Shown here: piece after piece, positions 47,960 to 57,855 of the stretch
Layout of the letters: each line of letters starts with the position of its first letter
Numbering within the stretch: the first letter of the stretch is position 1
DNA from: an uncultured virus (IMG/VR IMGVR_UViG_3300031943_000020)
Lineage: Duplodnaviria; Heunggongvirae; Uroviricota; Caudoviricetes
Length of the DNA stretch: 64,000 nt
Virus record (IMG/VR): IMGVR_UViG_3300031943_000020
Reading direction: 5' to 3' (one strand)
The notes under the pieces: generated by a model
The model's database searches: none
Told to the model about the DNA's origin: nothing
What the model saw: the letters and a program-made list of their open reading frames with translations, nothing else
Program-made: the position numbers and the translations under genes

Positions 47960-49084
47960 ATGTGGCTGCTCATTCTCTTGATCATCGTGCTCTTCCGTCC
48001 ACCATGGGTGATGGCCGCCGAGTTTTACTGTGCTGCTGGCGATGTCCCCTGTCTCGTCGGTGCCCTCGGCAAGGCCAATAGTCAGCGGTTTCAGCGTGCT
48101 GACATCTATTTGCCCGCTGGGACGTGGACGCTGACCCAGCCCGACAGCACTGATACCGAGGGCGCCACGGGTCTCCCCACCATTACCAGTCGCGTCACCA
48201 TCGCAGGCGCGGGCGCGGGTCAGACCATCATCGAACGTGCCGAGGATGCGCCCCTCTTTCGCCTCTTCCAGGTAGCACCCGAAGGGGTCCTGACGCTCGA
48301 AGGGCTCACGCTTCAAGGAGGCGAGGTCGATATCGACTTCCTGGAGCGGGGCGGGGGTATTCGCAACCTCGGTTCGCTGACCATTCAGGATAGCGTCCTC
48401 ACGGAGCATAAGGCCTGGGTCGGCGGGGCCATCGAGAATCGCGGCAGCCTGCTCCTGCAACGTAGTGCCCTCACCGACAACTTTGCGGACTTCGTGGGTG
48501 CGGGGCTTGCCCTTATCGGCCCGGCACGGATTGAACGAAGTGTCCTCCTGGACAATATTGCGGAAGGCGAAGCGGGGATCGCCTTTGATCCTGGGGCAGG
48601 TACCATCCTCGTCCGCCGCAGTCTCCTCAGCGGCAACATGGCGACGCTGAGTTCGGGCGGGGGCGGGGGCGGTGTCGGGACGCTCATCCTGGAAGATACG
48701 GCGCTCGTGGACAATAGCTCCGGGTTGCATGGTGGCGGCCTGGCGCTCGATAACGGCAGCCTGACGCTCCTAGGCAGCGTGGTCGCCGGTAATGTGGCGG
48801 AGATATCGGGCGGGGGGCTGCTGATCTCGCGCGGCCAACTGCGGCTCGACCGGACGAGTGTGGTGGGGAATCGCACGCTCTTTGGGGCGGGGGGCGGCAT
48901 CGCCAATCAAGACGGCGCCGTGCTGGTGGAACGCAGTGCGCTGCTCGGGAATCTGGCGGGGCAGGGGCAGGGGCCTGACTGCACGGGCAGGATTACCATA
49001 CGCGCGCAGACGCTGCTGGGAGACCGGGCAGGGTGTACGGTCGAGGGTGAGCCGAGTGATGGGGCGCCCCTCGCCGCACGCTAG
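47960..49084 (+). CDS. Signal-peptide beta-helix protein with GGAI/GGGI repeats (polymorphic membrane protein-like)
   Basis: IYLPAGTWTLT..GLPTITS; GGGIRN, GGAIEN, GGGL repeats. Confidence 0.8.
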   Translation: MWLLILLIIVLFRPPWVMAAEFYCAAGDVPCLVGALGKANSQRFQRADIYLPAGTWTLTQPDSTDTEGATGLPTITSRVTIAGAGAGQTIIERAEDAPLFRLFQVAPEGVLTLEGLTLQGGEVDIDFLERGGGIRNLGSLTIQDSVLTEHKAWVGGAIENRGSLLLQRSALTDNFADFVGAGLALIGPARIERSVLLDNIAEGEAGIAFDPGAGTILVRRSLLSGNMATLSSGGGGGGVGTLILEDTALVDNSSGLHGGGLALDNGSLTLLGSVVAGNVAEISGGGLLISRGQLRLDRTSVVGNRTLFGAGGGIANQDGAVLVERSALLGNLAGQGQGPDCTGRITIRAQTLLGDRAGCTVEGEPSDGAPLAAR

Positions 49085-49087
49085 GGG

Positions 49088-49597
49088 ATGTGTATGCTGA
49101 GTGTACCCTTTATTGCTGAACTGATCCGTGTAACGCTGGCCGGGGGACCCTTCCCGCATATCGCCCGTGCCATACCCTTACTGTTAGGCACGTGTGCTCA
49201 GGAGAGCGGCTTTCAATATAACCGCCAATTGGGGAATGGTCCTGCGCGAGGCTACTGGCAGTGCGAGCCGGCGACCGAAGCGGATATATGGGCCAATTAT
49301 CTCTGTTATCAGCCGGCCCTTACCGAGTGGCTCCTGACACGCTGCGGGATGACCGGCCCGAACGTCGAAGCCCTCGAGCATAATATGGTCTATCAGGTCC
49401 TCATGGCGCGGACGCACTACCTGCGGTGTGATCCAGACCCCCTCCCAGCAGCCAAGGATCTCGCCGCGCAAGCACGGTCATGGAAGACCTATTACAACAC
49501 GCCCCTTGGTCATGGTACGGAGGCACAATACATCGAGAGTTATACTACGCTCGTCGCGCCTGTCTGGCCGCATCGGGGAGGTCGCAGCCGTGGCTGA
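49088..49597 (+). CDS. Putative endolysin (lysozyme/transglycosylase-like)
   Basis: LLLGTCAQES..RQLGNGPARGYWQCEPAT..ARTHY..WKTYYNTPLG; end of late operon. Confidence 0.7.
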   Translation: MCMLSVPFIAELIRVTLAGGPFPHIARAIPLLLGTCAQESGFQYNRQLGNGPARGYWQCEPATEADIWANYLCYQPALTEWLLTRCGMTGPNVEALEHNMVYQVLMARTHYLRCDPDPLPAAKDLAAQARSWKTYYNTPLGHGTEAQYIESYTTLVAPVWPHRGGRSRG

Positions 49598-50147
49598 TGA
49601 GGTCCGTGTCTCCTCGCAAGGCCCCGATGGCAATGGGGTCAGCGTCAACCTCCGCGACAAGAAGTTTGCCCTCACCGGCCCGAACGTGGCATTATTATTA
49701 CTCATTTGCATCATCGGCGGCGTCGCGTGGCTCCGGACGGGCACTATTGATAAAACGCTGCGCTCAGGCCAGGAGCAGATTGCGGCCACGGAGGGGCGCG
49801 TCCATCAGCACGTCGCGGAATTGTTTGGACGGATTGACACGCTGCTGCATGATCTCCAGCAGCAGACGGTGGTCATGAATGCGAATAATGCCAGGGTGAC
49901 GGAAGGGCAGCATGAGTTGCGGACACATCTCGATGAAGCGTTGGTACGGCAGGACCAGCTTGTGCACCGTCAGACTGAAGCGATCGAGGCCCTCGTCAAG
50001 GGCCTCACGCAGTATGTGGAAGCGTGGTTTAGCGAAATGGGGCGTCGTCTAGAGCTGCTGAACTTCAATGTGGCTCATCCTGATAAGGCCCTGCCCCTTC
50101 GCGCCCCAGTGCCTCGGGAAGAGCGAGATCCAGATAGAGGGCGCTAG
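49590..50147 (+). CDS. Single-TM coiled-coil protein, possible holin/spanin-type lysis factor
   Basis: TM ALLLLICIIGGVAWL then coiled coil; overlaps the endolysin stop. Confidence 0.5.
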   Translation: MADEVRVSSQGPDGNGVSVNLRDKKFALTGPNVALLLLICIIGGVAWLRTGTIDKTLRSGQEQIAATEGRVHQHVAELFGRIDTLLHDLQQQTVVMNANNARVTEGQHELRTHLDEALVRQDQLVHRQTEAIEALVKGLTQYVEAWFSEMGRRLELLNFNVAHPDKALPLRAPVPREERDPDRGR

Positions 50148-50332
50148 GGTGCCTTGCCTGTTGGGATTGCAACGCTCTCTGTCGCGACGGCGGTCAGATA
50201 TGCCTCTACGATGGTGTCGTAACTTTCTGTGCACAGAAACTCGAGAAGTGCGGCCTCCGCACATCGGTGCGCCGTATGAGAATCTAGGATAGCCACGGCT
50301 TTAAAGAGGTCGAGAAGTTCATCTTCGGTCAT
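50144..50332 (-). CDS. Hypothetical protein
   Basis: ATGA overlap; last gene of the minus-strand arm. Confidence 0.5.
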   Translation of the reverse strand: MTEDELLDLFKAVAILDSHTAHRCAEAALLEFLCTESYDTIVEAYLTAVATESVAIPTGKAP

Positions 50333-51276
50333 GCCACGTCCTCCCCGGCTGCCGCCGCCTGCCAGACCTGAATCAGGTGCTCCACGATACTGCGGTCCTC
50401 AAACGGATTCACCTCCCGCATCACGGCGGCAAACGCCGGATCGGTCGTGCGGATCCGGCCCATAGCGTGGACAACCTCCATCTCCTGATGCGCTTCGGCG
50501 GTCTCACCCAATGCCCACAGGGTGGCTGCCAGATAGATGCGCCCTGGGCGGAAATCTGGGTTGGTAGCGCATGCCGCACGGAGATGCGTCGCAGCGTCCG
50601 CGTAGGCGTCGGCGGCATCTGGGGCCTGGCGCCGCTCGCGTACGAGTCCGTCGACGTAGTGCGCCAGGCCAATATGATACGTGTAAAACACGGGCGGCTG
50701 GACATGCAAGGCTATCGCGCGCGCCATTTTCCCCAGGGCGGCGCCTGGTTGAGAGCGGTAGGCCAGGACTTGCCCCCACACAGCCCAGCCATCGGCATAG
50801 GTGGGCCGGTGCCGCACGCTTTCCTCGGCCGCCGCTGCCGCCTCCTCGTGGCGCTGACTATAGCTCAGGGTGAAGGCCCACTGCACCAGTGCCCCTGGCA
50901 GGGACGGCTGCGGCGCGGCTTCCTGCCGCGCCAGAGCGACGGCCTGCTCGGCGTACTGGAGGGCGCGCGCATGGGCGGCGGCACGGTCGGCCGTCCATCC
51001 GAGCGTCCACGCTTGACGCTCGGTGGCCGCGAGCAGGGCGTAGGCGCGCACGTAGCGGGGATCGGCCTGGATGGCGGCGAGGAAGCATGCCTTTGCCTGG
51101 GCATTCGCCGCCGGGGTATAGTGCCGATACTGTGCCATCCCGTCACGGAAGCAGACCTGGGCCGCTGTCTCCTCGGGAGGAGGCGTGAGCGCCTCTGCCG
51201 GTACGAGCGGCACGAGTGGTGCGGTAGCCAGAGTTGCCGTCGACGCCAGCACCTCCCGGCGGGTGAGATCAGCCAT
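50329..51276 (-). CDS. TPR protein with twin-arginine (Tat-like) leader
   Basis: MADLTRREVLAST...; AIQADPRYVRAYALLA and other TPR units; AAGGAG RBS. Confidence 0.75.
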   Translation of the reverse strand: MADLTRREVLASTATLATAPLVPLVPAEALTPPPEETAAQVCFRDGMAQYRHYTPAANAQAKACFLAAIQADPRYVRAYALLAATERQAWTLGWTADRAAAHARALQYAEQAVALARQEAAPQPSLPGALVQWAFTLSYSQRHEEAAAAAEESVRHRPTYADGWAVWGQVLAYRSQPGAALGKMARAIALHVQPPVFYTYHIGLAHYVDGLVRERRQAPDAADAYADAATHLRAACATNPDFRPGRIYLAATLWALGETAEAHQEMEVVHAMGRIRTTDPAFAAVMREVNPFEDRSIVEHLIQVWQAAAAGEDVA

Positions 51277-51289
51277 GAGAGTTCTCCTT

Positions 51290-51697
51290 CTAAATTTGCT
51301 TGCCAATCAAGGACTCTAAACATGCCTGCCATGTTTCATAAAACTCAACATTTTCAAGCCAAAAGAACACATTTTCCCGCGTGCCGACGGCGATACAGCG
51401 CTTCCCCAGCGCAAGCGCCATGCCCCACTCCACCATTCTGCCACCCCGTCTGCGGCCCGGTCCCTCGCCGAGCCCTTCCGTAAACGCGATCACGGTATCC
51501 GCGACCTCCAGGTCATGCCAGTCTTCCATCGCCCAGCGCTCTTGCCAGTAGGCTTCCTCAGCCTCGCCATGCGCCCGCAGTTCGTGATCGCCACGGATCC
51601 AGCGGCTGGTGATGGTGTAGCCTAGCGCCTCTAACTCCTTGGCGTAGCCTTGGAGTTCGGGAAATCTTGCGTATCGTGCGCAAAGGTACGCTTTCGT
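51290..51697 (-). CDS. Nucleoside 2-deoxyribosyltransferase-like / nucleotide hydrolase-fold protein (apparent ACG start)
   Basis: KAYLCARY..GYTITSRWI..EDWHDLEVADTVIAF..GGRMVEWGMALALGK. Confidence 0.65.
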   Translation of the reverse strand, partial: TKAYLCARYARFPELQGYAKELEALGYTITSRWIRGDHELRAHGEAEEAYWQERWAMEDWHDLEVADTVIAFTEGLGEGPGRRRGGRMVEWGMALALGKRCIAVGTRENVFFWLENVEFYETWQACLESLIGKQI

Positions 51698-52042
51698 GAT
51701 CCACTCCTTTTGTTTGTAGTTCTGCCGATCCTGGTCCTCTGTGTGACACCCATGGACTGCAGGGCTACTAAGTGATTGAATATAAAAGGCTCTAGGCTCT
51801 CAAAGGCTCGAAAACGCGGCAGAACTGCATATGGGTGACTCGCGTAGCTGTTCATAGCGCCTCATCCCGTGGTCTCCCTTCGAGATACCGGTCGTATCCA
51901 GGCCAGAAGACGCGTGGCCCGGTACGTGGTATCGGATGGCTCAAGGGCATGTACAACGAGTCCCACCAGGCTTGTGCCTCTGGCGGCGCATCACTGAGGG
52001 ACGTATAGAGCAACTCATCGTCCTCGTCCTGTATCCAGCGTG

Positions 52043-52381
52043 TCAGCCATGGGGGTACGGGCATCTCTCGACCTCCTCCTCGGGTGCGGTATGCACCTGA
52101 TAGGTCACGCGGTAGGCGACGGGCGCCTGCCATGCCCCCGCATGGGGATAGCGCTCCTCCATCGTGGGCGCTTCGGGAGCGGGTACCACCCCAAGAATAG
52201 TACACGGTGGCGTCTGGTACATCCGGGCATGATGGGCCGTATGCACCCGGTAGAAGGAGGCGAGCGGCTCCACACCCACCTCGGCCAGCAGCGCCGGATC
52301 ATAGTAGGCGAGATCAACGTGGATAGTCGCGTGGCACCAGCTATTACAGGTGCGCGTATCACGGGGGTTGCAGAGATGCAT
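52043..52381 (-). CDS. Hypothetical protein
   Basis: AAGGAGG RBS before MHLCNPRD... Confidence 0.5.
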   Translation of the reverse strand: MHLCNPRDTRTCNSWCHATIHVDLAYYDPALLAEVGVEPLASFYRVHTAHHARMYQTPPCTILGVVPAPEAPTMEERYPHAGAWQAPVAYRVTYQVHTAPEEEVERCPYPHG

Positions 52382-52635
52382 CAGGGACCTCCTTTCAGCT
52401 GTCGCATTGTGGGAGACGCGGCTGGGCGGAGCGGAGCGCAGCACGCCGTGCCGCGATGGCCCGCAGCATCTCTCCCAAGCACGCCAGGGAACAGACCGTC
52501 CAGCCGCCTTCCAAGTAGTCGGGATGGATAAACTCGGTCCCATGGAGTTTTCGTGCCCCACAACCTGCACACTTATAGGTCGTGATTTCTGTGGCGTTAC
52601 CGTATCGCATGGCCCTTCTCGGTTGCAGAGATGCA

Positions 52636-52893
52636 TTAGGGACCTCCTTCCTCGTCAGAGTCGTCCTGTGGCTCGGTCTCCACCATCGTGCGCACATGCT
52701 CCCGCAGTGACTGGACCAGGGCCTGTGCGTCTGCGAGCGAGAACTGGGCCGGGGCATCCTGGAGGTCGAGCACCTCATAGACGAGGTGCGCCCCCTGGGA
52801 GTGCATCTGGAGGAAGACGGCGACATCGCCGAGACACCTGAGGTGGGTATAGACAAACGTCCGACCTTCCCAGGGGGTGGCACGTGGTTCCAT
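52636..52893 (-). CDS. Hypothetical protein
   Basis: AAAGGA RBS. Confidence 0.5.
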   Translation of the reverse strand: MEPRATPWEGRTFVYTHLRCLGDVAVFLQMHSQGAHLVYEVLDLQDAPAQFSLADAQALVQSLREHVRTMVETEPQDDSDEEGGP

Positions 52894-53106
52894 GGGTGTC
52901 CTTTCTAGCCATTACCTCTCTTCGGGTAGAGAGAGGTTGCATCACCAGTATTTTCACCAAAATCGATTATAAGGCGTCTCTGAGCCCCGCTGAAGACACT
53001 TTAACCCTCTATGCTTCCTGCCGCACTCACCGCATGGAGATCATGTCTTCTAGGCCATACTCTGGCACCAATACGGCCATGTGCACATGAACATGCTTTT
53101 CACTAC

Positions 53107-54258
53107 TTACCCATTCCCCCCAAACAACCCCGGCTCGCTCTCGTCTGCCATGAGGTTCGGTAGCGGCTTCCCATCCTTGCCCAGCAGCGCACCAGTCTCA
53201 GGGTCTACGACATACGCCCGCGCCTCGTCCTGGCCTGCGGACGGCTCTTCCGGCGGTGGGGAGGCGGCTGGCAGCGTCTCAGTCGTGCTCGTGACGCCGG
53301 TGTGATGCTGGATGCCTTCCTGCGGCTTGGCGGGCTGACGCTGGGCGGCCAGGGTACGGGCCTCGGTGAGCAGGAGTTGATAGTCAGGCACCGTAAAGGC
53401 CCGGCGCTCCTTCTGGAGGCGTCGCTCCGCCCAGCGCATCCAGGGCTCGACCTTGAGCCCTGCCCCGAGGATAACGGCTTCGATCTGGGGGAGATACTCG
53501 GCGCCCGCTTCTCCGGCAGGTGCCTCACTCGCGGCCACGGGGGCACGCGGGGCAGGGGCCGTAGGGTCGCTCGGGTCGCTGAGGTCGGCAATGGTCGCGG
53601 CCAGCGAGGGGCCTTCGACTGGCGCCGGGGGCGTCTGGAGCGTCAGCGCCATAGGATGACTCTCCTGGCCAGGCTCGGGCTCCCAGTCGGCCATACCGAG
53701 ACCGCAGATCGCCAGCGTGACCCGACGCTTGGCTTTTGTTTCTGCACGCATGAGGGCCGAGGCCCGCTCAGCCGTCGAGAGCGGGGTCGTCATCTCGCGA
53801 CCCTGGGCATCGACGCTCGGCTTAAAGTAGCGCTTGCCGTCGCGTGTCTGTTCCCAACTGCCCATGGTTTTGGCGATCGGCACGACCCCTTGCGCCTCCT
53901 CTTCGCGGCCATCAGGGGTAGTCGCCCGTACGGTCACGATGTAGAGATCGTCGAGAAACTCCCGCCCGATGACTTTGCAACTGACGCGGTGGAGCTTGCG
54001 GAGTTGCTCGGCGCAGCCTTTGTCGGGGTAGAGGCTGAGCTTGCCATCATCGCCCTTGAGGGCCAGAAAAGGGCGCGTTAATGGGTTTAATTGCACCGAC
54101 CGACAGACCGCGACATAGTAGGAGATCCGCTGCTCATCGGTCATTTGCGAGAGGTCACCGATGAGCATGGCCTGCTCGACGGCCTTGGGGTCGGGCGGCG
54201 GGAGATAATCCATCCCGTGGGTGTGTATCACTGCGGTGCTATTCTCATGCGTTGCCAT
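53107..54258 (-). CDS. Single-strand annealing recombinase (RecT/Redbeta-like)
   Basis: GDLSQMTDEQRISYY..VC....LNPLTRPF..ALMRAETKAKRRVTLAICGLG. Confidence 0.7.
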   Translation of the reverse strand: MATHENSTAVIHTHGMDYLPPPDPKAVEQAMLIGDLSQMTDEQRISYYVAVCRSVQLNPLTRPFLALKGDDGKLSLYPDKGCAEQLRKLHRVSCKVIGREFLDDLYIVTVRATTPDGREEEAQGVVPIAKTMGSWEQTRDGKRYFKPSVDAQGREMTTPLSTAERASALMRAETKAKRRVTLAICGLGMADWEPEPGQESHPMALTLQTPPAPVEGPSLAATIADLSDPSDPTAPAPRAPVAASEAPAGEAGAEYLPQIEAVILGAGLKVEPWMRWAERRLQKERRAFTVPDYQLLLTEARTLAAQRQPAKPQEGIQHHTGVTSTTETLPAASPPPEEPSAGQDEARAYVVDPETGALLGKDGKPLPNLMADESEPGLFGGNG

Positions 54259-54499
54259 CGTCCACTCCTTCGGTTTCGGTTAGGGAAAACGCCGGGGTTC
54301 TACCAATCGCACCACATACTGCCAGGCGGCAGCAGATCGGATCAGGGTGACCGTGCAGTCGTGCAGCGCGCCCATTGGCGTCACCCACGCCCGCCCTTGG
54401 GTATCCCACGTGCCCCAGCCGCCACAGTCCTTGCATCTGCGAAAGCCGGGATACGGGTGCATCATAGGGTAATAGCCCAGGTCGGGGCCAGTCGTGGGC

Positions 54500-54796
54500 T
54501 CAGGCTTGGGCTTGGCCATCGCGTCTCTCCTCCTGCTCGATGTGTTTCTGGACATAGGCCATGACCTGCTCGATCTGCTCCTCGGGGAGCTGTTCATCTG
54601 GCAGGCTATCGAGAAACGCATCAATGGCCTCCAGAGACCACTGTCGCGCCTGGGGTGCGAGCGCGACACTACTCCAGGACCGTTGTTGGTGGTCAAGGAG
54701 CGCGTCCAGGGCACTGGCGAGCGTCTCATGCCACTCGCTGACGCCAAAGGATGCGAGGACGCCCTCGCGATAACAATTCACGCGGTACGCATTCAT
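54500..54796 (-). CDS. Hypothetical protein
   Basis: GAGGAG RBS. Confidence 0.5.
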   Translation of the reverse strand: MNAYRVNCYREGVLASFGVSEWHETLASALDALLDHQQRSWSSVALAPQARQWSLEAIDAFLDSLPDEQLPEEQIEQVMAYVQKHIEQEERRDGQAQA

Positions 54797-55226
54797 ACGG
54801 ATTTCTCCTCGGGTTGTTGGGACAGGGGAGGCTTCGTCGGACGACACAGGAAGCACCCGTTTACTACACGCTCAGGCTGATGCGCACCCGCACCAGGACA
54901 GAAGAGCTGGATACAGGCGACATCCTCCAGGATCTGGCCACACGTGCACGCCAGCAAGGGCCGGGCATGGAGGGGATGCAGAAAGGCGGTACTGAGGGGC
55001 GTGGACATGTTAGGGCTCCTCGCCAAACTGTTTTGCCACTACGTCATAACATCTCGGCATCTTTGCCTCAATCCATAGCAGGAGCGGTGTCTTGAGCCTG
55101 GCGCGCTCCTCGGCCGTGAAGCGCGTGGTGCGGGATGCCAGGTCGATAATCCACACACGTTGCTCCTGCGTCAGTGCGCTGGTCGGGTCCGCCGCCATGG
55201 ACGCCAACGCAATACGCAGCACGGCA

Positions 55227-55634
55227 TCATGGTCTCGGGGGGCGACGACCTCGGCGACGAGCTGGCGCCACACGCGCTGCGGGGGCATACGGTTCCTCCT
55301 CTGGGAACAACGTGTCGTTTGCTGGTCTGGGCGTGAGCGGCGTCGGCGTAGGCTCACGTAAAGCCTCGTGGAGCGGGCCAGGCCACTCCTGCGGCACATA
55401 CGCTTGGCGCAGCCGGGTCGCGGCATCGGGCGCCTCTGTCTCTAACCACGGCAGAAGACGTGCCATCAGGTCGTCGCGCAGTGGGGAGGCAAAGCACAGG
55501 GTTTGGCCAGAGCCATCACGGCGATGTAAATGGTCCCACGCTTCGGACCACAGATGTTCGGGCATGGCTTCATCGAGCGCGTCAAGAAGCCAGGCGAGGG
55601 TCTCTCTAAATTGTCGTTCCTTACTCTGCTCCAT
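55227..55634 (-). CDS. Hypothetical protein
   Basis: Operon order, AAGGG RBS. Confidence 0.5.
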   Translation of the reverse strand: MEQSKERQFRETLAWLLDALDEAMPEHLWSEAWDHLHRRDGSGQTLCFASPLRDDLMARLLPWLETEAPDAATRLRQAYVPQEWPGPLHEALREPTPTPLTPRPANDTLFPEEEPYAPAARVAPARRRGRRPPRP

Positions 55635-56124
55635 GATGATATCCCTTCTTTTTGAGGCGCTCTAGGGGCGACGAAAAACCCTCTAAGAGTTGAAAGAGTC
55701 CCATGGCGAGACGGTAGACTTCGGCCTCTAACTCTGCGCGCGTAATACAGCGGGAGGAGAGATGGGGACGTCCGTCCTTGTCTGTACTCCACTGCCGAGG
55801 CGCAATGCTCACACCATGTTGGGGATCGCCATAAAGCTCCCATGGATTCTTGAAATCCATATCGGATGAGGTCAGGACTCTTTCGAGAATGGTGGGGGTG
55901 ACAGCAAACCATTCCCCCGCCTGCCGATACTCCTTCAGCATAGTATGTAAGAGCTTTTCAAGTCGTTCTGGAAAATACGTCGGGATAGCATTGTAGAGAC
56001 GCAACGGATACGGGCATCCCGTTTGGAGGGCCTTTATCCGCTCATCGACCCCTGTGGTGGTCTTGCCAATTTTAAATAACCCGTGATCCTCTGCCTGCAC
56101 AATATAGACATGGCCGTAACTCAC
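55621..56124 (-). CDS. GIY-YIG / T5orf172-domain protein
   Basis: GHVYIV..FKIGKT..ERIKALQTGCPYPL..LEKLLH..YRQAGEWF. Confidence 0.85.
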   Translation of the reverse strand: MSYGHVYIVQAEDHGLFKIGKTTTGVDERIKALQTGCPYPLRLYNAIPTYFPERLEKLLHTMLKEYRQAGEWFAVTPTILERVLTSSDMDFKNPWELYGDPQHGVSIAPRQWSTDKDGRPHLSSRCITRAELEAEVYRLAMGLFQLLEGFSSPLERLKKKGYHHGAE

Positions 56125-56139
56125 ATATTCCTCCTCTTA

Positions 56140-56410
56140 CGATTTCTATATCTCGCGTGCCCGTAAGTCTGATTAAAGCCGCCCGTCTTGTATGTCTTCA
56201 CGCACGTCATCGCGCGTGCCCGCCTTCTATATCTTCACGCGCACGACTCGAAAGTAACAGTCACACTTTGCACACTTTACAAGTAGCCTGGATTCAATAA
56301 GTTATGCATAGTTCAAAATACATGAACACAAGTTCTCTATAAAAGACAAAGTGTTACTGACTGTGCAATCTGTGCCAAGTGTGACGAGTGTGCAAAGTGT
56401 TACAATTGAG
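56140..56410. other. Putative replication origin: short direct/inverted repeats around an AT-rich core
   Basis: ACACTTTGCACAC (56263-56275) inverted to GTGTGCAAAGTGT (56388-56400); repeated CGCGTGCCCG and TCTTCACGC; next to the helicase gene. Confidence 0.5.
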
Positions 56411-56423
56411 TAACGTATTGTTT

Positions 56424-57755
56424 TTAAAAGGGAACACGACTACCCTCCTCGTCCACATCCTCGGGATCGTCGATGCCACCCATCTCGATACTGCCCCGTA
56501 CGGTCGCGCTATACTTGCCATACCGCGTCCGGTGGATCAGGTCCTCTTTCACCATCATGGAGCAGAGTTTGCGAAGATAGCCGTATTGTTCGGTCTTGAA
56601 ATCGCCAGCCCGCAAAATCTCCTGCACGCCCATCTCGCGCCTCTCTTCAGTCAAAATCTTAATCACCTTGCGCTGGTCGCGGCTCACCTCATACTCCTCC
56701 CCTTCCCCGATGTATTCCCAATGGCCATCGAGGAAGCGCAGGGCAATGGTTTGGTCTTCTGCGTCTTTGTCCCGGATATGGAGAAAGGCATAGTCATCTT
56801 TCGGCTTGCGTTCGAGCACCCATAACACATCCTGGGCACCTTGATACGCCACGCTCCCGTGGAGGTTATCAAAGACATCGTCGGCTTCTTGTTTGCGTAA
56901 ATGAGTCAGCATGGCGAGGCAAAACGGGTGTTGTTGCCGGAGCGCTTGCAGCGGCGCAAACATCTCGTAGACATCATGATAGTTTTTTTCTCCCTTCCCT
57001 CCATTCGTCGGTTCGAGTTTTGCCAGGACATCAATCACGACCAGGCCATAGTGATACCGGGTAATTTCCTGGGCGAGATCCTCAATCCCCCCTTCGAGTA
57101 AGGGGCGGAAACTATAGCGTAAGTGAAAGTTGTTGACGGTCGTCAGGTTCGGCTGGATCAGCCGCGTGCGGCCCTGGAGGCGAGCTCGCCCATCTTCGAG
57201 GGCGAGAAAGAGGACGGGGAGGCTTTGCTTGCACCCAAAATGCCGAAAGGCTGAGCGTCCTACTGCAAGGGAGAGAGCCAGGTCAAACATCAGCCACGAC
57301 TTCCCCCGCTTACTCTTGCCGCCAAAGAGCAGCATGCCTTCGTGCATCAGACCATCAAAGAGGTGAACGGGCGGCGGAATATCTGCCGCCAGGAGATCCG
57401 TGAGGGTTTCCGGGGGTGGCAATAGCTCCTGCGCTGGTGTGGGGCCATGCCCATTCCGCTGCTGTGCCAAGAACGCATCCACTGCGTGTTGCAAGTCGAA
57501 GGGATTACCACCAATCTCCTTAAAGCGCTGTTTGATCGCCCCCCACTGCGGCTCCTGGCGGAAGTGGGAGAGCGTCAAGAGATTCTCCCCCGTCGTGGGG
57601 TCATTGTCGTACCACGCGCCGGGAGGGTATTGTGCCAAAATGACGGCGAGTCGCTCGGGCTCGCTCATGCCTACCCACATTTCCCACGCTTCAAGACTCG
57701 CCTTGACCTCACGGGATGGAAGAGCGTCTTTAGTAATGCGTTCGGTCATAGGCAT
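56424..57755 (-). CDS. AAA_25 / RepA-like replicative helicase
   Basis: Walker A GKSKRGKS, VLFLALED, Walker B LVVIDVL, THLRK, GS motif. Confidence 0.85.
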   Translation of the reverse strand: MPMTERITKDALPSREVKASLEAWEMWVGMSEPERLAVILAQYPPGAWYDNDPTTGENLLTLSHFRQEPQWGAIKQRFKEIGGNPFDLQHAVDAFLAQQRNGHGPTPAQELLPPPETLTDLLAADIPPPVHLFDGLMHEGMLLFGGKSKRGKSWLMFDLALSLAVGRSAFRHFGCKQSLPVLFLALEDGRARLQGRTRLIQPNLTTVNNFHLRYSFRPLLEGGIEDLAQEITRYHYGLVVIDVLAKLEPTNGGKGEKNYHDVYEMFAPLQALRQQHPFCLAMLTHLRKQEADDVFDNLHGSVAYQGAQDVLWVLERKPKDDYAFLHIRDKDAEDQTIALRFLDGHWEYIGEGEEYEVSRDQRKVIKILTEERREMGVQEILRAGDFKTEQYGYLRKLCSMMVKEDLIHRTRYGKYSATVRGSIEMGGIDDPEDVDEEGSRVPF

Positions 57756-57855
57756 ACTCGCTCGTGGTTAAAGGTAAACATCCACAATATATGTCTAAAA
57801 GTTTACTAAAGAAAACCCCTTGTGTCTAGAGAAATGTTTGGCTATACTCTTAGCC

